Source: Albugo candida | Taxonomy: Eukaryota | Length of the DNA stretch: 64,000 nt | NCBI GenBank assembly: GCA_040437565.1 | Contig: JBDOQK010000023.1 | Span: 310,001 to 374,000 of the forward strand | Direction of reading: 5' to 3' | Shown: positions 27,529-40,888 of the stretch, in pieces | Numbering within the stretch: the stretch's first letter is position 1 | Layout: each line of letters starts with the position of its first letter | Program-made: the position numbers and the translations under genes | The notes under the pieces: generated by a model | Seen by the model: only the letters and a program-made list of their open reading frames with translations | Databases searched by the model: none | What the model was told of the DNA's origin: nothing

Positions 27529-28020
27529 TTAGTACCAGCAAAATATAAACAAAAAGAAAGCGAATAGAGTTAGAAAGTGTCGATGGAATACCTCATCTCC
27601 GTAAAGTAGTGATAAGTCCTTGAACTTCGAATGCAGTTCTGTATCCATACGCTCGTAAACAAGCTTTGCAAACTGTTTTTCTGATCCCCAAGGCTTTTTC
27701 AGGACAAAAATAGGCCTTGCTACCAGGTCAATTATTTTGTACGTCACATCTGCAGGATTTACAAAAATAAAAGTATTTGAGACAATAGCATGAAGAGCCG
27801 CCAGGAAGTCTGGTTCACAATTTGCGTACATATACGACGAACGGCTACAGATTTTGTTATAAGTAACCATTTCTGTTGGCATGTTTGGGCATACAAGCAT
27901 CATATCGAAAATGTTGGGTTTGTTTTGGTCAGTGTTTTGCAAAAGAGAGCGGATTGAGCTCGTTGCCTTAATAGCGCTGATGACAAGGAGTGTGGTGAGG
28001 AAGAATCGGACAACGACCAT
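27529..28020 (-). CDS. Small secreted protein, candidate effector (163 aa)
   Basis: Intronless ORF from the ATG at 28020 with signal-peptide-like MVVVRFFLTTLLVISAIKA. No recognisable domain. Confidence 0.6.
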   Translation of the reverse strand: MVVVRFFLTTLLVISAIKATSSIRSLLQNTDQNKPNIFDMMLVCPNMPTEMVTYNKICSRSSYMYANCEPDFLAALHAIVSNTFIFVNPADVTYKIIDLVARPIFVLKKPWGSEKQFAKLVYERMDTELHSKFKDLSLLYGDEVFHRHFLTLFAFFLFIFCWY

Positions 28021-28399
28021 AGTTTGTTGCGATAGCCGAATAAACGAAAGTGAGTAGGTACTGAGCTTGTGAAGCATTATCTGGAACATCGCTCCCAGAA
28101 TACATATGGCAAACCGATCTCTCTGTCATTTTCCTTTCTTGTTCTGCTTGCCGTCTCTACATCCGTCTGTAGCTCTTACTTTACGGAAGAAGATTGAATG
28201 TGCACGTACGTTATCTATATATATCCATCTGGGGCCCTTACTATAACGGAAGAAGACCGAAATCGGAAGTACGTCATACTCAGCAACTAACTTCGCTCAT
28301 TACTTAAGCCTAGGCTTTACACAGCATCCGCATCTTATCTGAACATCCATTATATTGCTTACGTCCAACGAGTATCATACCAGGAAAGAGTAACAATAC

Positions 28400-31300
28400 A
28401 CTTTTTTGAGTAGAATTGTAACATAGATCCCCGAGTACTAGGAGTGGTAAAACAGGCGGAGAGAAAGGCGACAAGAAGAGAAAATAAAGTACTTCTCAAT
28501 TTGCCGGCTACTACGTGCCTTGCAAACGAATACAGCAACACCGTCTTTCCGGAAAAAGATGAACCTTTTAGCCCTTCCTGTCGAAGACAATGGTGTCTAT
28601 CGACATTTCCAGCTTACCTACCGTTACATTACCAAATGTTGATAACAGGTCCTCGCAACTTGTCCGCTACATAGTGACACGTTGTCTGTAGAGGGTGCGC
28701 TCTCATTCTCACCTATACCGTCAGACCTTCCCCGTCTGAAGTAGTGATTGGCCAATCAGAGGCCGATATGGAGATTCTGATACCTCTCTCTCCCATTCCA
28801 ATTCCTGCCGATCAGCCGGGAGCAATGAAGGTAGATGACGAGAACGCGTCATCACCTTCGTAACCGGTTGAGCAAGCAAAGTACACCGGTAATCGACCAA
28901 GTCTCGCCGATATCTTGAAGGGGCACGAAGAGCTCCTCAAGGATAAAGCTCGAACAAGGCGCAATTAAGGTCTGAGTGCCGAAGCCGTTGGCAGCGGATC
29001 TTCGTGTTATCGATCAACTCTTTGATGGAGGGCGGTCGAGTTGGGAGGTTCTCTCTGCTAGCTTGGAAGCAGCAAAACCGTTGTTAATACCCGTCTATCT
29101 CGAAGTATGCAATCGTCCTTAAAACGGGTCAAGACCTGGTTCGGACATTACCACACCGGGCAACCAGTATTCATTCCGAGAATACGATATTACCGGATCC
29201 CATTATTTCCTGGACATCTTCGGCATTGGACCGGGAATCTGTCCATCGAGCATCGTATCAGCATTGTATTCGTTATAATACGACATTCTCTATGCTCATT
29301 ATCGTGAAGCAGTGGCTTCACANNNNNNNNNNNNNNNNNNNNNNNNNNNNNNNNNNNNNNNNNNNNNNNNNNNNNNNNNNNNNNNNNNNNNNNNNNNNNN
29401 NNNNNNNNNNNNNNNNNNNNNNGCAATGAAGGTAGATGACGAGAACGCGTCATCACCTTCGTAACCGGTTGAGCAAGCAAAGTACACCGGTAATCGACCA
29501 AGTCTCGCCGATATCTTGAAGGGGCACGAAGAGCTCCTCAAGGATAAAGCTCGAACAAGGCGCAATTAAGGTCTGAGTGCCGAAGCCGTTGGCAGCGGAT
29601 CTTCGTGTTATCGATCAACTCTTTGAGGGAGGGCGGTCGAGTTGGGAGGTTCTCTCTGCTAGCTTGGAAGCAGCAAAACCGTTGTTAATACCCGTCTATC
29701 TCGAAGTATGCAATCGTCCTTAAAACGGGTCAAGACCTGGTTCGGACATTACCACACCGGGCAACCAGTATTCATTCCGAGAATACGATATTACCGGATC
29801 CCATTATTTCCTGGACATCTTCGGCATTGGACCGGGAATCTGTCCATCGAGCATCGTATCAGCATTGTATTCGTTATAATACGACATTCTCTATGCTCAT
29901 TATCGTGAAGCAGTGGCTTCACAGAGAATAGCGATGTCCACTTGGAGAGTGTATATCACTCTACTTCCTTCCCAGTAGCGCTGGTCTTGTCAGGAAAAAT
30001 CTGGGAGCAGATCAGAATCGAGGGCAGATATATCTTTGCTCGTGGTAATGGAGCTCCACTATCTGCTTAGCGATTACGGATGGGACAGCACAGTCCGTAC
30101 TGCTTGCAGCTGTCTGGGAAAGGTCCGGCTTCGCCCAAACAGAAACAATCCAAACCGGTCCAACGGCGAGTAAACAGCCACCGCAACCAACACCTGAAAC
30201 CCCCCCAGCAGAAATAGCTCTGAAAAGTTCTGAGAAGCCGTGATAGAAGACAACGACAATTCTTCTCCGTCGGAACCTATTTCTGTTGACAACAGGCCTT
30301 CTACTATTTCTCCGCCGATTAAATCCCTCCCTGTTAATGAAACAAAACAAGTGGACGTTCCTGCAATACCGGAACAAAGTACGCCAAAATCGGTGTCACA
30401 ACCCACTCGGAGCATGGGAGACGATATCAAATCGTCTCATCTACTGTTGAGGCAAGCAAAGAAGTCGCCAAGTCAAAGGAGGCTACTCCCTTTTCCAGGA
30501 AGAAATACACAAGAATCGAAGAGGACGATCGTCCCACCCGATTTGAGGGTGCTGGCCTTCTTCACCTAAGATGTGTCGACGTCAATGTCTTCCATCAATT
30601 CTGAGAGAAGATTTTGACGTTTCCAAAATGGAAAACACCTGAATTTTACCTCTAATGGTGATGATATTCTTAAATTTGCTTCCAGACACCCGATTGCGCT
30701 GCACGGAGTACTCAATCTGAGTATGAGGGCTAATGATCCCAAGTTGGCCGAATCAATAGTGTTCTTGCAGCTTCGGATCCATGTTCGGACACAAAATTTA
30801 TCAACAAATGGTTCGAGAAAATTAGTGGGATATTTCCAACAAAACGAGTACCTATGTTCGAGTCAGTCGCCCGCTGGTGGAAAGATTCCGCCAACATTGA
30901 CGACGGGCTTCGATCGACGCAATCTCTCGGTTTCCTTGAGCCAATGCTCCTGTGCACAGCTCCACTGATGTACAATAACGACCACTAGATTTAATAGAGT
31001 ACTGGTAGGCCGGTCATTTGGATTTCTGCGCATCACTGCAGATTGCTTCACACAAACAACTTGCTTCGATTCTTGCGCTCTCCATTGAGAACGCTCTGCC
31101 TCAGCGAATGGTTTGACGCACAATGGGACAGCCCACTCTTTTGCGACTTGGAAGTTATCTAACTATCGAAGCTCTACCTTCTCGAGGACGCATCCATTTT
31201 GCAACCGAGAGAGGTGGAATGAGAACAACAGCTAGTCGCTAGAGCTCTTTCTGTGCAGTAGTAAGGGAAGCTCTTTGGAGACCATCTTGAGAACAACAAG

Positions 31301-32470
31301 AACCTTCTTTCCATTAATACAAACGGCAACAAAAATAATGGTCACCTTTTTGTACAGCACATACTATCGAAATACGCCATTTCTTGCGTACAAGAGACTC
31401 ATTTTTGCGACATTCACCACCTGGAGACTTTTCAGTTTCACTTGGCGTCCGCATTCCGACATTATCTTTTTTTGAGCGATTCGAATAGTCTTCACTCTCA
31501 TCCCGTTTGGGAAAGGGTAAAAAAAAAACGGGGTTATGACTATTATTCGTCACGATTTTCCCGGATCTGAATCTGCACAAGCTCTCCCACTGTTTCCGCT
31601 CCGGACCAATATTTGGTTGTACGTTTGGTGGTACTTGGAGGTCCAGTATATGTACATAATGTTTATGCTCCGGTGAAACTAGCGGAACGGCGACTACTTT
31701 TTGATCAACTTCCAACTGGATCCTTTGAACAACACGCAAAGCACATCGTTTGTGGCGATCTGAACACAACCTTGTGTCCCAGTTTGGATTGCTCCAGTGG
31801 TGTATATATGCACGAGACCATTCGACTCTCATGTTTAGAATGGCTTCCCAACTTTGTTGTTCTGGATGCTTGGCGTCAACATCATTCTGATGCACGTATT
31901 TTTACTGGCCCCCAACCAAGAAGTATCTCTGCTCGTCGTCGCTTTCTGAGAATGTTGCCCGAACGAGCGCATTTTTTTTGATGCGATTCGCTCAGCGTTT
32001 CGAATACGGTCCTTACGTGAAGTGAAGCTGGGAAGCCGTCTGACCAGTCTCAATACTACTTCTTACGCCGTTTGTACGTCGAAGCCACGAAAATGCTGCG
32101 ACGAGCTCAACCTGTTGGCGTCCCGAAAGGGAACTGGTACATACATATCCGGTACAATTTGGCATTCAACTCTCGGACAAGAAAGTTTTCTTTTCGATAA
32201 TACCTCGGAATCAACTTTATCAAGTCGTTGGGAAGGCATTGCCACCCGATAAACCCCACCAATGTTGCTTTTCGTATCAGAGCGTGATCGAAGGGGGGCG
32301 TCAGCATGTGGGGAAGCTTTTTACCAGTCATTTAAACGTCTTCGCTACCAATCTACCGGATATCCAGTTCCGACTATCCGTCTATATCTTACCAGTTCGA
32401 GCACGGTTTTGGTATTTACAACACTCACATCCAGAAATCATTCTGTGCACTCAGAAGTATTGTGGTGAGG
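28400..32470 (+). mobile_element. Degenerate LINE (ORF1 remnant, APE endonuclease, C-terminal remnant; RT largely deleted)
   Basis: VYVHNVYAP..HIVCGDLNT..LDAWRQHH at 31613-31981 and DIQFRLSVYILPVRARFWYL at ~32360. Its 5' region is similar to 48904-49000 on the minus strand. Confidence 0.8.
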
Positions 32471-33023
32471 TAGTTGGAAACTCCCACATAGGATCAGAGA
32501 GGCTTGATACCCACATAGATGCATCCCAATATTTGAATTCGGATTTATGCGCTTGCATAGATGCATTGAACATGACAAGACTACTCGCGTGTGAAGTCGG
32601 CTGAACTTTCAACAGACAACTGAAGCACTTTGAGAATATATGCGGCAGAAGTGATTCGGACCTGCTGGTTGAGTAATTGTAGAAGTTACAGTATCAATCC
32701 TCATGGAGTACATGCAATGATATGGCACAGTCCATCTCTTTTTTTCGAATACTTCTCTCGGCCTGGTTGTTTAAAGCGAGCTGGCTCTCATCTTTTTCGC
32801 ACACGACGATACTATGTCAGAGAGGATCAAAGTCCATCGACGTGGGTACATCTGAGGCAGTAAGAGGGCGCCATACAAGTTGGATGTACTGGATCATCCG
32901 AAAAGAAGCAATCTGAAAGGAGCTCACAACATGAATGCATAGACGCATAGAGCAGCCTGAGCACTACAACGGCTCAATTGTTAAGCCTCACTTTGCCCAA
33001 AATTGTGTTCTAGCCGCTGCCCT

Positions 33024-36000
33024 TCAATTTGTACTATTATCGACAAAACCTGCTAATTTAAAATCGTAGTTGCAGTTCATTTGCGAATTCCTGGTGATCA
33101 ATACGGCATCTCCCGTAATGCTGATCATGTTGTAGACTTGATTCCGATACAAATGACTGGACTCAATGGGAACCAAACGGAATGAGAGCATTGCGTTCCC
33201 ACCCAGCGCACGAACGTGAGCCCGCACAATTGCAATTGCTTCATTGAGGAAGAGGTGATAGAAAGCCCCCAAGCCCCCACTTTCACGCACACTCCAGCTT
33301 TCTTTTATAAAATGGAGCGTCACACGACCCAAGTACTGCACAACTCGAGCGTTAGCGATGTGGGACAACGGCGTGAGCTCAATCCATTCAGTTCCATCCA
33401 TCTCAACCATTCTTGGCTCAGCAGAAAGCGTCAGATGTTTGGCGACTGCCATTCCAACTAACGTGATCTCAATCTATAGAGCAGCATTCAATATTATATT
33501 TTAAGCATCAAATAATTGTACCATGGTTTCGGATGCTACAGACACCCGCGTTTTGAGCCCACAAATAGCACAGGGAGCGTAGGACCGCAATTTGAATACG
33601 AGACTAAGCCATCGTGAGTACAGGCGTCTGAGGATTGTGATTCTGCGAGTACCTGGAGAAAAGATCTTTGAACACTCGCGATAGCAATTCGTTGAGCCGT
33701 GTGTCACGCATTCGATCCTCTTCCCATTCGACGCGTTTCATGGCCACAATCAACTGGATATTTTCAGCCGCGAGAAAGTCGCCTTCCAGACGATCTGTGC
33801 TGCAGAGAGAGACTCCCTACACAGCTTTCAGCATAATATTTACAGTGATGGACGCATGATCACCTCGGGAAGTGATTGTTCCAATAGTACAGACATGAGA
33901 TCCTCATCGGTCTCATCGTCAATTTCCAATACGAATGTCTCCTTGTCATCGTGGATGCCTTCTCCGAAGATCTCCTCTTCGTCTGAAGTTGAGTCGGACA
34001 CAGAATTTTGACCAGGTAGCTGGGTACAATGAGTCAAGCTACATGACACACTGTTTCTGTGGACAAGCCGAGTGTCTGGTGATTCATCAACTAGGCGAGT
34101 ACGACTCTGATTAAGCTACAGATCGGGCTGTTATGATGAGAACACCCACACTAAACCTTCCAACCTTTTCTTTGTTGCTTGTACTCAACGCTTCAATCTC
34201 ATTTTGGAGACTCACTAGCCGTCGATCTTCCTCGTCTTTGATCTAAAGGCGTAGTGAGCGGTCATAATTGTGACGGGTTCTCAAGTACCTCGATATTCCG
34301 TTCAATTCGAAGTGTTGGTGGAGATGGCAATGCAGGTAGATGAAAGCCCGTTCCAGTAATCACGCCAACGATTAAAGCTCCTCCAATCTACGTGCATCCG
34401 TTAAGACCTATAACATTCGCCATGGGTCACTATACCTGGATCTGTGAGTCGAAGCCAAACATTGCATTCATACCCAGAACTTTCATTTTTACCGAGAGCT
34501 GTCAGCGAGGAAAAAGACTTTCAATGACTGCGTCTGACATGATTAGGCATACCTGTCGATATAGCTCATATTCTACAAAAGGAAGCGCATCGGAGATGAT
34601 GGTCGCATTAGCGTCGCCTGTGCTTTTGCGTCGCTGACGGCAAACTCGAGCTTGAACGAAGCAACCCGACCCGACAACTGCTAATCCAGATGGAGGTTCG
34701 ATAGAAGCGAGTAACATCTCTGGAACCCATTTGTTCCTGCAAATTCCGCAGCGAACCATCCGCATGCTGCAAAGAAGCGTTAGCTGACATCAACGTTAAT
34801 TGATCAAGAATACTTTGAGAATGGAGCAACAGATCGAGAGTACGGAATATGGCATGAGAGACACGGTGTTGTCGCCGGAGGGAACGGAGGCAGGTTTGGA
34901 ACGTCACTCCCGTTGGTGTTGGTGTCTGGCAACTGGGTCATCCAAGTAGATGATTTTTTGGGGCTTTTGAGTGTGGCTGCGGTGCCCCTACACGAGCAGC
35001 GCGTTATAGTGCGAGATCGATAGTTATGACGCTCGTACGTGGCTGAAATGACGCAAACATCGTCGTGGATAGTGCAGGATTCCGCATACCCAACAACGAA
35101 AGGGCATTGCAATAAAGTTGCATGTGATCGGATCTACGATAGACTATAAGCTTTAATGAAAGTAAACTCGTAATGTACCTCGTCTCGTAATTCCAGCCAC
35201 CAGGAATCTCGTGTCTCCTGATCAGCGAGCTTGGTAGCAAGTTTACCCAAATACTTGACCGATCGAGCGCTTGTAATTCCACCAAGTTGGATGCGAGTCG
35301 ATGCGTCAAAGCTTTTTAATGTAATTAATTGAACATCGTCTTGCATGGAAATGTGAATCGGCTCCGCAGCCGAAGCCTTGGGCGTTCTAAGATGCCGTTT
35401 TTTTGCTTGAGGTGACCTCATCTCGAATCTCTCGCTGGGCAAGTTGTCTGTCGTTCCAAGCATCGATGTATCCTCTGCGTCTATGCCTTCTTCCTCGGAA
35501 GAAACCGATTTCACCGGAATAATGAAACAAGCAGTCCCACAGGCTCGTGCTACAAGCCCACTGTCCCCTTCAACGTCAAAAAACTGCTTGTACGCCAGCA
35601 CAGCATTTCCGCCAAGCTCTAGTGCTTTTTTTCCAACCTTAAGCATATCGTATGAAAGAATTTGCAAGAAATGGTATTTCGCATACCATTGTGACGACTT
35701 GTGAGGAGAGTTTATAAAGGAGAAGCTGGCGGTATTCATTGCTTTTTCTCGATGTACGGAAGCTATCACTCCAAGAGTACTCAGGATCCGCATGAACGAC
35801 AAGTTCCTCGACGAAACCGAGTATTTTCTCAACACGGTACAGATTGTCTTGTAATGTAGAAACACCAAAGAATTGAACGCCCGCAGAGGATTCCTGAAAA
35901 AAAGGATTCACATCGCCAAAGTAATTGAGACGCATCACGAGACTCAATTCTCCGCGAACGCCCAGTAGAGTGTCGTAGAGTGGGAACCAGCCATGGAGGA

Positions 36001-36366
36001 CATGTTCTTCTCGCATCAGCAAGCAATTCAAATCGACGTAAACGACGCCAATGGTCTAGAAAAATCGTTTTTTATGTGAGAAAAGCAGTCGAATGCGTGG
36101 AAAGAAGAGAGCGTACGGGATCGGAGGTGTACGCATCGTGATCCATCAGCTTAAATTCTATCGGTTGGCTCTGAAGGACTGAATCATCCGCAACATCGAA
36201 GCGAAATTCTTCATCCCACATTGGACGCAACGATTTGCGGGAGACGGAAGATTTGGCTTCAAAAGAAGCAAAGTTTATATGAACGTACGTATCTGCGAGC
36301 TTGTTGGAGCGATCTAAAGCGGGCAAACCGCGTGCTTCGACGACGCGAATTTTGATCGTACATGGC
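33024..36366 (-). CDS. C2CD5: C2 domain-containing protein 5 (C2CD5)-like, multi-exon
   Basis: N-terminal C2 domain (PCTIKIRVVEARGLPALDRS..WDEEFRFDV), then GWFPLYDTLLGVRGEL, LELGGNAVLAYKQFFDVEGD, SARSVK, ETRDSWWLELRDE and AHVRALGGNA. Many short introns. Confidence 0.88.
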
Positions 36367-36376
36367 TTTAGTATTG

Positions 36377-36640
36377 CTTGGAGGTAGACAGTCTGAGTTG
36401 GCCTCCTATCAAGTTCTCATCGCATCGAGAATGTTCGACCACTTCGTTGCATGTAGACTNNNNNNNNNNNNNNNNNNNNNNNNNNNNNNNNNNNNNNNNN
36501 NNNNNNNNNNNNNNNNNNNNNNNNNNNNNNNNNNNNNNNNNNNNNNNNNNNNNNNNNNNCTTGAAGGTAGACAGTCTAAGTTGCCCTCCTATCAAGTTCC
36601 CATCGCATCGAGAAAATTCGACCACTTCATTGGATGTAGG
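36377..36640. repeat. Diverged ~80-bp tandem repeat upstream of the C2 gene
   Basis: Two similar but non-identical units (cttgRaggtagacagtctRagttg..tcgaccacttc) flank a gap. Confidence 0.55.
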
Positions 36641-37559
36641 CTGTATATTCGGCAAGAGAATGCAGAGCATTCGTTCAGCTGAAATTATTGTGCGGGACAC
36701 CCTCAATGCCCACAGAAGCGCACGTCCTCCTAAGGAATCTATGCAAGTTCAGGAACATTTTACGTGCAATCATATAGGAAAAAAGACTTGCTCGTTCTTG
36801 TTTTTATTCGGAATTCCTTTGAGTTCGCAGACCTAAGAAAACGCCGACCTTGTCGATTATTACTGTATCCTTTGGAGAATTTTGTATGTCCAAAGAGCTA
36901 AATGCCAAGCTTGCCATGAATAATTCTTCGTTGCATATTTATGACCTTGCAACGGCAGAGATAAAACATAAGCTTTCCAATATAGCTTGTTTCTGACACG
37001 ATCAGCCGTTGTTAAAGCAAACTTTGCACCTGCATGATTGGTATCTATCTGAATCTATCAACTTACTCTAAATCGAGTCATCTGATTTGTGCAGAAACTC
37101 AATGACAGAATTATCATGTGTCGTTTCGGCCGATTCAGCTTGTATTTTGCATCAGAATTTTTTGAAATCATCCGTTTAAGCACAAGTGCCGTCAACCAGG
37201 TGACGGCTAGAGCCCCTGTCCAAAATCTAGATTTGTTCATCACAGCCCAGTACGTCCGGAATAGCCAAAGTGAGATCTGCTTCATCCTTTTCACGTAGGT
37301 ATGCTTTGGGAAATTTAGCCCTCAAATGACCCATTTCTCCGCATACATGACATCGTCTTGTACCTTGAACCGACGGTCTTCAATTGCGCTGACAACTTCT
37401 CTTCCAGTTCTATTATTTTCTGCGTCTGACTCTCACGCTTGGGCAAATTGTGTCAGCTCTTCCGCTTGTTGAAGGTAATCTGTTCTGCGATCATCCACCT
37501 TCGCCGTTAGAACGATTTGCATCTCTTGAACAGTATATTGAGCGATATTGTTCAAAACG

Positions 37560-38760
37560 AGGTAGTCCGACCCACCACCTGATGCCTTACCCACTGCGTT
37601 CAAGTAAGTACATTAGGTAATCTTTCACAACCTAGGACGATTAAACAAGTCCATTGCTAGCGACGGCGTAAAGTTTTTTAAACGCTTGTAGCATCCGTTC
37701 CATTGCATATTGAAGTGTCGGTACTTAGCTACGCCAGGCTTTAATCTGTTTCTTGGAACATCTTTCGCCTATACCTTCAAGGTGATGGCCAAATCAATCA
37801 ACTTCGACATTCTCAGGCCACGAAAACCCACACGTCTATTGATTCATAGCCTTCCCCATGCTAAGAAGCCGATCCCAGACCTAGAAAGAATTCCTTTCCG
37901 TCGAATGGTTTAATCTTTAACTCTTTTTGTCGTGCGTCAGGGTCTCTGAACTCATCTTGTATACCGTAAACCACAGGCCTCGCATATTCATGCCTGCACA
38001 CCATTTCCTTGGTTCCCCGGATTTCCTTCAATCCACCAACACCATTGACATGAAATGTTCGGCGATCGTTGTCCCGAAAACCAACTCGTACAACAGCCTC
38101 ATCCAGCTCGGGTACATATCGATATTTGGTGTCAAGCTGTTGGCAGATCGCCCGTGAGGCTTCACCCATCATGAAGGTGCACTCATTTTTCAGCGCGTCA
38201 ATCAAATCCAATGACTGAGCAGAATCAATCAAGTGATACCTTACAAGTGTATACCGTCTTGAGAGAAGAATCGCACACCATATTCAGTCTGATGCTCGTC
38301 AATAAACTGGGGAGATACATATCAATAAACTCTTTTCTCCACGTTCTTTCGGGAATGTCTGTCAGAGGATACAGGTGCATCCATGGACCACGCCTCACTG
38401 CCAATTCAAACAAATTTGGATTCCTTTCCAGGCCCATGGATTTTCCGTCTGAGATTTTCCTTGGCATCCCATCCTTTGCCCATTTACCCTCGGATCTCAG
38501 CTTTGACTCTTCCAGACGATTCAAGCGACCAACCAGCCCACGCATCAGCTGCAGCAATTAGCATTTGTCGCCTTTGTCATCACTCTTTCTCTCCAGAGAT
38601 GCTTGCTTGTGTACGTCAAAACTCACCGCCATGGTTCTCTCTTCTAATTCCTCTTCTACCGCGGATATCTCACGGCCAGGAGTAGTCGCATGTGACGAGG
38701 CATTATTCTCGTCAGCCTCGTTACCATGAAGAAGTCTACCATTAGTCTCATATCCTGTTA
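37560..38760 (-). mobile_element. Highly degenerate copia-type gag remnant
   Basis: KELKIKPFDGKEFFLGLGS matches the gag motif at ~21240. Confidence 0.65.
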
Positions 38761-40888
38761 GTTCCTGATGCTGTCACGACATACTTGACACAGGGAAAGA
38801 AAACTAGCATATCTACTTATTCATTCTACAACTAAATAAGAAACGCTTTACTCCACACAGCAATGTTGTGTAGTTCACGCATTCATATGACTGCGTCATC
38901 ACATCTTCAACATTTTCCACTTTAGGGCTTCATGGTAGTGAAGACATCCTAATCGTATTTCTTGCAAATTGCAAGATTAGCTTCACCATAGTGAGCGATT
39001 AGCTGCTTAATAAAGGATTTCGAATCACAGAATCAGCATTTTTGAAAACCTTCCGCGCACTCTGGTCAATTCACCTTACCAGCTTGAAGACTATCGCAGG
39101 AAGGCTGCCGTCTTCGCTTACTATAGCTATACATGGTGCCCGATAAATCCTTTACTTTCTCCTAGTTCAACATTGCTGCTCACCATAGAACTATGATAAT
39201 GGTGCGCTACGACCTGGAATCCGTCATTTTAGATGTAGCTAGCTCGGAGGCTGTCACGTCTTACCCGTGAAACGCGTTATAGCTAACGTGCAGCTCCTGT
39301 CGATGGTCATGCATCCACCACGTCTCAAATGCTCGGATAGATTAAAGCTGTTGATAGGTTGTGGTAAGAACTGTTACACAAAATTCCATATGTCAATACA
39401 CTTGCCATTATGTATCAGCAATCCAACAATTGATCGCTGTAAGACTACATTCGGGAATTTCTTCTTCAAACAAAATCTCACTACGGTGCATCTATTCTGC
39501 ATAAATCGAAAACTTAGGGAAAAACTACATTGGGTGCAGACGGATTATTTGTTCGCACCATTCGTGCTCCCATTTCAGTGTGTTTGTGAAGGAAGCTTCA
39601 GATCTGATCCCTACATCAAAATCATCTATATCGCATCAGCGCACACTTGACCGTAAAACAGCAGCCTCTAAAGGTGTGATATCCTACTTCAACTCGTGCT
39701 TCCGAAATAAGCTTGTAGCTCACGCGCCATCGCCGTTTTCAATGCTGCACGACTCTGACTAAGTAGAAGCAGCTGATGATATTATTGAAGCCTAGACGAG
39801 TAATCACGTTGGTGTTTTTGCTTAATTGGTTCCATTCAGATTTTATGGGTTTTATTGAGATGGATTGCAAATGAAGGTTTCGCAGATCTGGTGGAGGATC
39901 AAATACTTGGATTCGGATGAAGTGTGATCGGTGCTGTTTCGTACTACCTGATGCATGGTAGCGTCATAATAAGCATAAGATCTCAGATTTGAACCTTTAT
40001 TTCAGATATGAGCAGTGAGGTACTTGATGATGATTCTAATCAAGTTGACAGCGTCGTCAGTATCATAATGAAACAGAAAGATCGATTTGAACAAGGCTAC
40101 CGCTCCTATTAATTTGAATTAGCGGACTGACTGATCAGTTGACTCTCATTTCGGGTAATGATAAGGTAATTTGACACTGGTCATGATGATAATAGGCTAT
40201 ATAAAGGATCATCAAGCAAATGATTGCCAAGGAAAATTGGTGCAGTGCTAGCCCCAGAGGTCTCCAGTCAAAGATGATTGATTGAGAACTATTGATAGTG
40301 CAGTCAAGTAGCCGAGGGATAATAGAAAGCAGAAATCTATTTTTTGCGAGACGGATCGCCACCTTTCATAAATCAATTTCCAATCGCTAGCAGCTGGCAG
40401 CCTATTTTGAACTAGAGACGATTACTCATTTGGAATGGAATTGTGTACCGAAGGCTTTTTGTGCGATTGTAGTACGCACACTTTCTTTTGCCGGCGATGT
40501 TACAGCTGATTAAAAATATTTCATCACATTATTGCCCTGTGATTGCATACCAGCTTGCACTGCCTCTTTCCGAAAATACAGTTACGGCAAGCTCTTGTTA
40601 TATCTCTTGCATGATCGAGGTAATATGCAACAAAGTGACTGAATTCATATCTTTCAGGAGCTTGCGGCAGTTTGATAAACAGAGATGGCAGCCCATCTAC
40701 AGCCGCTTGAGCACATGAGGGATTCTTTGCTGTGAAAGCTGTCAAGTAGTCGACATTTTGTACTTGACATTTTCGACACTGGCCTGAAAATTTCGATTCA
40801 AAATTTCTCAATAAAATTGACTGGTTCTTGTAAACTCTGAAATTATAAACCACATTTGAGGAAACTAAAACAAACACATCGATCTACC

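Noticed and set aside
28822-29922. ~500-bp tandem duplication
   Set aside because: Near-identical gap flanks; assembly overlap.
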